Shown here: one piece after another, positions 28,601 to 40,809 of the stretch
Layout of the letters: each line of letters begins with the position of its first letter
How positions within the stretch are numbered: position 1 is the first letter of the stretch
Source of the DNA: Eledone cirrhosa
Taxonomy: Eukaryota
Direction: 5' to 3'
NCBI GenBank assembly: GCA_964016885.1
Contig: OZ024741.1
Span: forward strand, 396,180,001-396,244,000
DNA: 64,000 bases
Position numbers and translations under genes: made by a program
The notes under the pieces: model-generated
What the model was told of the DNA's origin: nothing
Databases searched by the model: none
What the model saw: the letters and a program-made list of their open reading frames with translations, nothing else

Positions 28601-31600
28601 TTAAAGTGCATCAATCAGTCACACCACAAGGGTCAAAGTGCATCAATCAGTCACACCACAAGGGTCAAAGTGCATCAATCGGTCACACCACAAGGGTCAA
28701 AGTGCTTCAATCAGTCACACCACAAGGGTGAAAGGACATCAATTGGTCACACCACAAGAGTCAAAGTGCATCAATCAGTCACACCACAAGAGTTAAAGTG
28801 CATCAATCAGTCACACCACAAGGGTTAAAGTGCTTCAATCAGTCACACCACAAGGGTCAAAGTGCATCAATCAGTAACACCACAAGAGTCAAAGAGCATC
28901 AATCAGTCACACCACAAGGGTCAACGTGCATCAATCAGTCACACCACAAGGGTCAATGTGCATCAATCAGTCACACCACAAGGGTCAAAGTGCATCAATC
29001 AGTCACACCACAAGGGTCAAAGTGCATCAATCAGCCACACCACAAAGGTCAAAGTGCATCAATCAGTCACACCACAAGAGTCAAAGTGCATCAATCAGCC
29101 ACACCACAAGAGTCAAAGTCCATCAATCAGTTACACCACAAGAGTCAAAGTGCATCAATCAGTCACACCACAAGGGTCAAAGTGCATCAATCAGTTACAC
29201 CACAAGAGTCAAAGTGCATCAATCAGTTACACCACAAGAGTCAATGTGCATCAATCAGTTACACCACAAGAGTCAAAGTGCATCAATCAGACACACCGCA
29301 AGGGTCAAAGTGCATCAATCAGTTACACCACAAGAGTCAAAGTGCATCAATCAATTACACCACAAGAGTCAAAGTGCATCAATCAGTCACACCACAAGAG
29401 TCAAAGTGCATCAATCAGTCACACCACAAGGGTCAAAGTGCATCAATCAGTCACACCACAAGGGTCAAAGTGCATCAATTAGTCACACCACAAGAGTCAA
29501 AGTGCATCAATCAGTCACACCACAAGGGTCAAAGTGCATCAATCAGTCACACCACAAGGGTCAAAGTGCATCAATCAGTCACACCACAAGAGTCAAAGTG
29601 CATCAATCAGTCACACCACAAGGGTCAAATTCCTTCAATCAGTCACACCACAAGAGTCAAGGTGCATTAATCAGTCACACCACAAGGGTCAAAGTGCATC
29701 AATCAGTCACACCACAAGGGTCAAAGTGTTTCAATCAGTCACACCACAAGGGTCAAAGTGCATCAATCAGTCACACCACAAGGGTCTAAGTATTTCAATC
29801 AGTCACACCACAAGGGTCAAAGTGCATCAATCAGTCACACCACAAGAGTGAAAGTGCATCAATCAGTCACACCACAAGGGTCAAAGTGCATCAATCAGTC
29901 ACACCACAAGGGTCAAATTCCTTCAATCAGTCACACCACAAGGGTCAAATTCCTTCAATCAGTCACACCACAAGGGTCAAATTGCATCAATCAGTCACAC
30001 CACAAGGGTCAAAGTGTTTCAATCAGTCACACCACAAGTGTCAAAGTGCATCAATCAGACACACCACAAGGGTCAAAGTGCATCAATCAGTCACACCACA
30101 AGGGTCAAAGTGCATCACAGTCACACCACATGGGTCAAAGTGCATCAATCAGTCACACCACAAGGGTCAAAGTGCATCAATCAGTCACACCACAAGATTC
30201 AAAGTGCATCAATCAGCCACACCACAAGGGTCAAAGTGCATCAATCAGTCACACCACAAGGGTCAAAGTGCATCAATCAGTCAGACCACAAGGGTCAAAG
30301 TGGATCAATCAGCCACACCACAAGGGTCAAAGTGCATCAATCAGTCACACCACAAGGGTCAAAGTGCATCAATCAGCCACACCACAAGGGTCAAAGTGCA
30401 TCAATCAGTCACACCACAAGGGTCAAAGTGCATCAATCAGTCACACCACAAGAGTCAAAGTGCATCAATCAGTCACACCACAAGGGTCAAAGTGCATCAA
30501 CCAGTCACACCACAAGAGTTAAAGTGCATCAATCAGTCACACCACAAGGGTCAAAGTGCATCAATCAGTCACACCACAAGGGTCAAAGTGCATCAATCAG
30601 TCACACCACAAGGGTCAAAGTGCTTCAATCAGTCACACCACAAGGGTGAAAGGACATCAATTGGTCACACCACAAGAGTCAAAGTGCATCAATCAGTCAC
30701 ACCACAAGAGTCAAAGTGCATCGATCAGTCACACCACAAGAGTCAAAGTGCATCAATCAGTTACACCACAAGAGTCAAAGTGCATCAATCAGTCACACCA
30801 CAAGGGTCAAAGTACATCAATCAACCACACCACAAGGGTCAAAGTACATTAATCAGTCACACCACAAGAGTCAAAGTGAATCAATCAGTCACACCACAAG
30901 GGTCAAAGTGCATCAATCAGTTACACCACAAGAGTCAAAGTGCATCAATCAGTTACACCACAAGAGTCAAAGTGCATCAATCAGTCACACCACAAGAGTC
31001 AAAGTGCATCAATCAGTCACACCACAAGGGTCAAAGTGCATCAATCAGTCACACCACAAGAGTCAAAGTGCATCAATCAGTTACACCACAAGAGTCAAAG
31101 TGCATCAATCACTCACACCACAAGGGTCAATGTGCATCAATCAGTTACACCACAAGAGTCAATGTGCATCAATCAGTTACACCACAAGAGTCAAAGTGCA
31201 TCAATCAGACACACCACAATGGTCAAAGTGCATCAATCAATTACACCACAAGAGTCAAAGTGCATCAATCAGTTACACCACAAGAGTCAAAGTGCATCAA
31301 TCAGTCACACCACAAGAGTCAAAGTGCATCAATCAGTCACACCACAAGGGTCAAAGTGCATCAATCAGTCACACCACAAGAGTCAAAGTGCATCAATCAG
31401 TCACACCACAAGGGTCAAAGTGCATCAATCAGTCACACCACAAGGGTCAAAGTGCATCAATCAGTCACACCACAAGGGTCAAAGTGCATCAATCGGTCAC
31501 ACCACAAGAGTCAAAGTGCATCAATCAGTCACACCACAAGGGTCAAATTCCTTCAATCAGTCACACCACAAGGGTCAAAGTGCATCAATCAATCACACCA

Positions 31601-34600
31601 CAAGAGTTAAAGTGCATCAATCAGTCACACCACAAGGGTCAAAGTGCATCAATCAGTCACACCACTAGGGTCAAAGTGCATCAATCAGTGACACCACAAG
31701 GGTCAAAGTGCATCAATCAGTCACACCACAAGGGTCAAAGTGCATCAATCAGTCACACCACAAGAGTCAAAGTGCATCAATCAGCCACACCACAAGGGTC
31801 AAAGTGCATCAATCAGACACACCACAAGGGTCAAAGTGCATCAATCAGCCACACCACAAGGGTCAAAGTGCATCAATCAGTCACACCACAAGGATCAAAG
31901 TGCATCAATCAGTCACACCACAAGAGTCAAAGTGCATCAATCAGTCACACCACAAGGGTCAAAGTGCATCAACCAGTCACACCACAAGAGTTAAAGTGCA
32001 TCAATCAGTCAAACCACAAGGGTCAAAGTGCATCAATCAGTCACACCACAAGGGTCAAAGTGCATCAATCAGTCACACCACAAGGGTCAAAGTGCTTCAA
32101 TCAGTCACACCACAAGGGGGAAAGGACATCAATTGGTCACACCACAAGAGTCAAAGTGCATCAATCAGTCACACCACAAGGGTCAAAGTGCATCAATCAG
32201 TCACACCACAAGGGTCAAAGTGCTTCAATCAGTCACACCACAAGGGTCAAAGTGCATCAATCAGTCACACCACAAGAGTCAAAGTGCATCAATCAGTTAC
32301 ACCACAAGAGTCAAAGTGCATCAATCAGTCACACCACAAGGGTCAAAGTGCATCAATCAACCACACCACAAGGGTCAAAGTACATCAATCAGTCACACCA
32401 CAAGAGTCAAAGTGCATCAATCAGTCACACCACAAGGGTCAAAGTGCATCAATCAGTTACACCACAAGAGTAAAAGTGCATCAATCAGTTACACCACAAG
32501 AGTCAAAGTGCATCAATCAGTCACACCACAAGAGTCAAAGTGCATCAATCAATCACACCACAAAGGTCAAAGTGCATCAATCAGTCACACCACAAGGGTC
32601 AAAATGCATCAATCAGTCACACCACAAGAGTCAAAGTGCATCAATCAGTTACACCACAAGAGTCAAAGTGCATCAATCAGTCACACCACAAGGGTCAATG
32701 TGCATCAATCAGTTACACCACAAGAGTCAATGTGCATCAATCAGTTACACCACAAGAGTCAAAGTGCATCAATCAGACACACCACAATGGTCAAAGTGCA
32801 TCAATCAGTTACACCACAAGAGTCAAAGTGCATCAATCAGTTACACCACAAGAGTCAAAGTGCATCAATCAGTCACACCACAAGAGTCAAAGTGCATCAA
32901 TCAGTCACACCACAAGGGTCAATGTGCATCAATCAGTCACACCACAAGAGTCAAAGTGCATCAATCAGTCACACCACAAGAGTCAAAGTGCATCAATCAG
33001 TCACACCACAAGGGTCAATGTGCATCAATCAGTCACACCACAAGAGTCAAAGTGCATCAATCAGTCACACCACAAGGTCAAATTCCTTCAATCAGTCACA
33101 CCACAAGAGTCAAAGTGCATCAATCAGTCACACCACAAGGGTCAAAGTGCATCAATCAGTCACACCACAAGGGTCAAAGTGTTTCAATCAGTCACACCAC
33201 AAGGGTCAAAGTGCATCAATCAGTCACACCACAAGGGTCAAAGTGTTTCAATCAGTCACACCACAAGGGTCAAAGTGCATCAATCAGTCACACCACAAGA
33301 GTCAAAGTGCATCAATCAGTCACACCACAAGGGTCAAAGTGCATCAATCAGTCACACCACAAGGGTCAAAGTGTTTCAATCAGTCACACCACAAGGGTCA
33401 AAGTGCATCAATCAGTCACACCACAAGGGTCAAAGTGCATCAATCAGTCACACCACAAGGGTCAAAGTGCATCAATCTGTCACACCACAAGGGTCAAATT
33501 CCTTCAATCAGTCACACCACAAGGGTCAAAGTGTTTCAATCAGTCACACCACAAGGGTCAAAGTGCATCAACCAGTCACACCACTAGGGTCAAAGTGCAT
33601 CAATCAGTCACACCACAAGGGTCAAATTCCTTCAATCAGTCACACCACAAGGGTCAAAGTGTTTCAATCAGTCACACCACAAGGGTCAAAGTGCATCTAT
33701 CAGTCACACCACTAGGGTCAAAGTGCATCAATCAGTCACACCACAAAGGTCAAAGTGCATCAATCAGTCACACCACAAGGGTCAAAGTGCATCAATCAGT
33801 CACACCACAAGAGTCAAAATGCATCAATCAGTCACACCACAAGGGTCAAAGTGCATCAATCAGTCACACCACAAGAGTTAAAGTGCATCAATCAGTCACA
33901 CCACAAGGGTCAAAGTGCATCAATCAGTCACACCACAAGGGTCAAAGTGCATCAATCAGTCACACCACAAGGGTCAAAGTGCTTCAATCAGTCACACCAC
34001 AAGGGTGAAAGGACATCAATTGGTCACACCACAAGAGTCAAAGTGCATCAATCAGTCACACCACAAGAGTTAAAGTGCATCAATCAGTCACACCACAAGG
34101 GTTAAAGTGCTTCAATCAGTCATACCACAAGGGTCAAAGTGCATCAATCAGTAACACCACAAGAGTCAAAGAGCATCAATCAGTCACACCACAAGGGTCA
34201 ACGTGCATCAATCAGTCACACCACAAGGGTCAAAGTGCATCAATCAGTCACACCACAAGGGTCAAAGTGCATCAATCAGTCACACCACAAGGGTCAAAGT
34301 GCATCAATCAGCCACACCACAAAGGTCAAAGTGCATCAATCAGTCACACCACAAGAGTCAAAGTGCATCAATCAGCCACACCACAAGAGTCAAAGTCCAT
34401 CAATCAGTTACACCACAAGAGTCAAAGTGCATCAATCAGTCACACCACAAGGGTCAAAGTGCATCAATCAGTTACACCACAAGAGTCAAAGTGCATCAAT
34501 CAGTTACACCACAAGAGTCAAAGTGCATCAATCAGTCACACCACAAGAGTCAAAGTGCATCAATCAATCACACCACAAGGGTCAAAGTGCATCAATCAGT

Positions 34601-36470
34601 TACACCACAAGAGTCAATGTGCATCAATCAGTTACACCACAAGAGTCAAAGTGCATCAATCAGACACACCGCAAGGGTCAAAGTGCATCAATCAGTTACA
34701 CCACAAGAGTCAAAGTGCATCAATCAATTACACCACAAGAGTCAAAGTGCATCAATCAGTCACACCACAAGAGTCAAAGTGCATCAATCAGTCACACCAC
34801 AAGGGTCAAAGTGCATCAATCAGTCACACCACAAGGGTCAAAGTGCATCAATTAGTCACACCACAAGAGTCAAAGTGCATCAATCAGTCACACCACAAGG
34901 GTCAAAGTGCATCAATCAGTCACACCACAAGGGTCAAAGTGCATCAATCAGTCACACCACAAGAGTCAAAGTGCATCAATCAGTCACACCACAAGGGTCA
35001 AATTCCTTCAATCAGTCACACCACAAGAGTCAAGGTGCATTAATCAGTCACACCACAAGGGTCAAAGTGCATCAATCAGTCACACCACAAGGGTCAAAGT
35101 GTTTCAATCAGTCACACCACAAGGGTCAAAGTGCATCAATCAGTCACACCACAAGGGTCTAAGTATTTCAATCAGTCACACCACAAGGGTCAAAGTGCAT
35201 CAATCAGTCACACCACAAGAGTGAAAGTGCATCAATCAGTCACACCACAAGGGTCAAAGTGCATCAATCAGTCACACCACAAGGGTCAAATTCCTTCAAT
35301 CAGTCACACCACAAGGGTCAAATTCCTTCAATCAGTCACACCACAAGGGTCAAATTGCATCAATCAGTCACACCACAAGGGTCAAAGTGTTTCAATCAGT
35401 CACACCACAAGGGTCAAAGTGCATCAATCAGTCACACCACAAGGGTCAAAGTGTTTCAATCAGTCACAACACAAGGGTCAAAGTGCATCAATCAGTCACA
35501 CCACAAGGGTCAAAGTGTTTCAATCAGTCACACCACAAGGGTCAAATTCCTTCAATCAGTCACACCACAAGGGTCAAAGTGCATCAATCAGTCACACCAC
35601 AAGGGTCAAATTCCTTCAATCAGTCACACCACAAGGGTCAAAGTGCATCAATCAGTCACACCACAAGAGTCAAAGTGCTTCAATCAGTCACACCACAAGG
35701 GTCAAATTCCTTCAATCAGTCACATCACAAGGGTCAAAGTGCATCAATCAGTCACACCACAAGAGTCAAAGTGCATCAATCAGTCACACCACAAGGGTCA
35801 AAGTGCATCAATCAGCCACACCACAAGGGTCAAAGTGCATCAATCAGTCACACCACAAGAGTCAAAGTGCATCAATCAGTCACACCACAAGAGTCAAAGT
35901 GCATCAATCAGTGACACCACAAGGGTCAAAGTGCTTCAATCAGTCACACCAGAAGAGTCAAAGTGTTTCAATCAGTCACACCACAAGAGTCAAAGTGCAT
36001 CAATCAGTCACACCACAAGGGTCAAATTCCTTCAATCAGTCACACCACAAGGGTCAAAGTGCATCAATCAGTCACACCACAAGGGTCAAAGTGCATCAAT
36101 CAGTCACACCACAAGAGTCAAAGTGCTTCAATCAGTCAAACCACAAGGGTCAAATTCCTTCAATCAGTCACACCACAAGGGTCAAAGTGCATCAATCAGT
36201 CACACCAGAAGGGTCAAAGTGCATCAATCAGTCACACCACAAGGGTCAAAGTGCATCAATCAGTCACACCACAAGAGTCAAAGTGCTTCAATCAGTCACA
36301 CCACAAGGGTCAAATTCCTTCAATCAGTCACACCACAAGGGTCAAAGTGCATCAATCAGTCACACCACAAGAGTCAAAGTGCATCAATCAGTCACACAAC
36401 AAGGGTCAAAGTGCATCACAGTCACACCACATGGGTCAAAGTGCATCAATCAGTCACACCACAAGGGTCA
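12520..36470 (+). repeat. Tandem segmental duplication of a ~12-kb unit (about 12.5-24.86 kb and 24.86-36.47 kb)
   Basis: Markers are collinear with offsets stepping 12343, 12152 (ORFs 15559/27711, 16230/28382), 11992 (17542/29534) and 11608 (20100/31708, 23779/35387). The later steps are whole-monomer losses or gains of 160 and 384 bp. Confidence 0.92.
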
Positions 36471-37189
36471 AATTGCATCAATCAGTCACACCACAAGAGT
36501 CAAAGTGCATCAATCATCCACACCACAAGGGTCAAAGTGCATCAATCAGGCACACCACAAGGGTCAAAGTGCATCAATCAGTCAGACCACAAGCGTCAAA
36601 GTGGATCAATCAGTCACACCACAAGGGTCAAAGTGCATCAATCAGTCACACCACAAGGGTCAAAGTGCATCAATCAGTCACACCACAAGAGTCAAAGTGC
36701 ATCAATCAGTCACACCACAAGAGTCAAAGTGCATCAATCAGTCACACCACAAGGGTCAAATTCCTTCAATCAGTCACACCACAAGGGTCAAAGTGCATCA
36801 ATCAGTCACACCACAAGAGTTAAAGTGCATCAATCAGTCACACCACAAGGGTCAAAGTGCATCAATCAGTCACACCACTAGGGTCAAAGTGCATCAATCA
36901 GTCACACCACAAGGGTCAAAGTGCATCAATCAGTCACACCACAAGGGTCAAAGTGCATCAATCAGTCACACCACAAGAGTCAAAGTGCATCAATCAGCCA
37001 CACCACAAGGGTCAAAGTGCATCAATCAGTCACACCACAAGGGTCAAAGTGCATCAATCAGCCACACCACAAGGGTCAAAGTGCATCAATCAGTCACACC
37101 ACAAGGGTCAAAGTGCATCAATCAGTCACACCACAAGAGTCAAAGTGCATCAATCAGTCACACCACAAGGGTCAAAGTGCATCAATCAG

Positions 37190-40100
37190 TCACCACAAGA
37201 GTTAAAGTGCATCAATCAGTCACACCACAAGGGTCAAAGTGCATCAATCAGTCGCACCACATGGGTCAAAGTGCTTCAATCAGTCACACCACAAGGGTGA
37301 AAGGACATCAATTGGTCACACCACAAGAGTCAAAGTGCATCAATCAGTCACACCACAAGGGTCAAAGTGCATCAATCAGTCACACCACAAGGGTCAAAGT
37401 GCTTCAATCAGTCACACCACAAGGGTCAAAGTGCATCAATCAGTAACACCACAAGAGTCAAAGAGCATCAATCAGTCACACCACAAGGGTCAACGTGCAT
37501 CAATCAGTCACACCACAAGGGTCAAAGTGCATCCATCAGTCACACCACAAGGGTCAAAGTGCATCAATCAGTCACACCACAAGGGTCAAAGTGCATCAAT
37601 CAGCCACACCACAAGGGTCAAAGTGCATCAATCAGTCACACCACAAGGGTCAAAGTGCATCAATCAGCCACACCACAAGGGTCAAAGTGCATCAATCAGT
37701 CACACAACAAGGGTCAAAGTGCATCAATCAGTCACACCACAAGAGTCAAAGTGCATCAATCAGTCACACCACAAGGGTCAAAGTGCATCAATCAGTCACC
37801 ACAAGAGTTAAAGTGCATCAATCAGTCACACCACAAGGGTCAAAGTGCATCAATCAGTCACACCACATGGGTCAAAGTGCTTCAATCAGTCACACCACAA
37901 GGGTGAAAGGACATCAATTGGTCACACCACAAGAGTCAAAGTGCATCAATCAGTCACACCACAAGGGTCAAAGTGCATCAATCAGTCACACCACAAGGGT
38001 CAAAGTGCTTCAATAAGTCACACCACAAGGGTCAAAGTGCATCAATCAGTAACACCACAAGAGTCAAAGAGCATCAATCAGTCACACCACAAGGGTCAAC
38101 GTGCATCAATCAGTCACACCACAAGGGTCAATGTGTTTCAATCAGTCACACCACAAGGGTCAAAGTGCATCAATCAGTCACACCACAAGGGTCAAAGTGC
38201 ATCAATCAGCCACACCACAAGGGTCAAAGTGCATCAATCAGTCACACCACAAGGGTCAAAGTGCATCAATCAGTCACACCACAAGGGTCAAAGTGCATCA
38301 ATTGGTCACACCACAAGAGTCAAAGTTCATCAATCAGTCACACCACAAGGGTCAAAGTGCATCAATCAGTCACACCACAAGGGTCAAAGTGCTTCAATCA
38401 GTCACACCACAAGGGTCAAAGTGCATCAATCAACCACACCACAAGGGTCAAAGTACATCAATCAGTCACACCACAAGAGTCAAAGTGCATCAATCAGTCA
38501 CACCACAAGGGTCAAAGTGCATCAATCAGTTACACCACAAGAGTCAAAGTGCATCAATCAGTTACACCACAAGAGTCAAAGTGCATCAATCAGTCACACC
38601 ACAAGAGTCAAAGTGCATCAATCAATCACACCACAAGGGTCAAGTGCATCAATCAGTCACACCACAAGGGTCAAAGTGCATCAATCAGCCACACCACAAG
38701 GGTCAAAGTGCATCAATCAGTCACACCACAAGGGTCAAATTCCTTCAATCAGTCACACCACAAGAGTCAAAGTGCATCAATCAGTCACACCACAAGGGTC
38801 AAAGTGCATCAATCAGTCACAGCACAAGGGTCAAAGTGTTTCAATCAGTCACACCACAAGGGTCAAAGTGCATCAATCAGTCACACCACAAGGGTCAAAG
38901 TGTTTCAATCAGTCACACCACAAGGGTCAAAGTGCATCAATCAGTCACACCACAAGAGTCAAAGTGCATCAATCAGTCACACCACAAGGGTCAAAGTGCA
39001 TCAATCAGTCACACCACAAGGGTCAAAGTGTTTCAATCAGTCACACCACAAGGGTCAAAGTGCATCAATCAGTCACACCACAAGGGTCAAAGTGCATCAA
39101 TCAGTCACACCACATGGGTCAAAGTGCTTCGATCAGTCACACCACAAGGGTGAAAGGACATCAATTGGTTACACCACAAGAGTCAAAGTGCATCAATCAG
39201 TCACACCACAAGGGTCAAAGTGCATCAATCAGTCACACCACAAGGTTCAAAGTGCATCAATCAGTAACACCACAAGAGTCAAAGAGCATCAATCAGTCAC
39301 ACCACAAGGGTCAACGTGCATCAATCAGTCACACCACAAGGGTCAAAGTGCATCCATCAGTCACACCACAAGGGTCAAAGTGCATCAATCAGTCACACCA
39401 CAAGGGTCAAAGTGCATCAATCAGCCACACCACAAGGGTCAAAGTGCATCAATCAGTCACACCACAAGGGTCAAAGTGCATCAATCAGCCACACCACAAG
39501 GGTCAAAGTGCATCAATCAGTCACACCACAAGGGTCAAAGTGCATCAATCAGTCACACCACAAAAGTCAAAGTGCATCAAAGAGTCACACCACAAGGGTC
39601 AAAGTGCATCAATCAGTCACCACAAGAGTTAAAGTGCATCAATCAGTCACACCACAAGGGTCAAAGTGCATCAATCAGTCACACCACATGGGTCAAAGTG
39701 CTTCAATCAGTCACACCACAAGGGTGAAAGGACATCAATTGGTCACACCACAAGAGTCAAAGTGCATCAATCAGTCACACCACAAGGGTCAAAGTGCATC
39801 AATCAGTCACACCACAAGGGTCAAAGTGCTTCAATCAGTCACACCACAAGGGTCAAAGTGCATCAATCAGTAACACCACAAGAGTCAAAGAGCATCAATC
39901 AGTCACACCACAAGGGTCAACGTGCATCAATCAGTCACACCACAAGGGTCAAAGTGTTTCAATCAGTCACACCACAAGGGTCAAAGTGCATCAATCAGTC
40001 ACACCACAAGGGTCAAAGTGCATCAATCAGTCACACCACAAGGGTCAAAGTGCATCAATCAGTCACACCACAAGGGTCAAAGTGCATCAATCAGCCACAC

Positions 40101-40600
40101 CACAAGGGTCAAAGTGCATCAATCAGTCACACCACAAGGGTCAAAGTGCATCAATCAGCCACACCACAAGGGTCAAAGTGCATCAATCAGTCACACCACA
40201 AGGGTCAAAGTGCATCAATCAGTCACACCACAAGAGTCAAAGTGCATCAATCAGTCGAACCACAAGGGTCAAAGTGCATCAATCAGTCACCACAAGAGTT
40301 AAAGTGCATCAATCAGTCACACCACAAGGGTCAAAGTGCATCAATCAGTCACACCACATGGGTCAAAGTGCTTCAATCAGTCACACCACAAGGGTGAAAG
40401 GACATCAATTGGTCACACCACAAGAGTCAAAGTTCATCAATCAGTCACACCACAAGGGTCAAAGTGCATCAATCAGTCACACCACAAGGGTCAAAGTGCT
40501 TCAATCAGTCACACCACAAGGGTCAAAGTGCATCAATCAGTAACACCACAAGAGTCAAAGAGCATCAATCAGTCACACCACAAGGGTCAACGTGCATCAA
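37190..40600 (+). repeat. Zone of short higher-order repeats (606 bp = 19-mer minus 2; 670 bp = 21-mer minus 2; pair offset ~1821 bp)
   Basis: The deletion monomer GTCACCACAAGAGTTA occurs at about 37189, 37795, 39616 and 40286. Each is followed by CACATGGG..GCTTC and the GTGAAAGGACATCAATTGG monomer. GCATCCATC occurs at about 37529 and 39350. Confidence 0.88.
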
Positions 40601-40809
40601 TCAGTCACACCACAAGGGTCAAAGTGCATCAATCAGTCACACCACAAGGGTCAAAGTGCATCAATCAGTCACACCACAAGGGTCAAAGTGCATCAATCAA
40701 CCACACCACAAGGGTCAAAGTACATCAATCAGTCACACCACAAGAGTCAAAGTGCATCAATCAGCCACACCACAAGAGTCAAAGTGCATCAATCAGTTAC
40801 ACCACAAGA

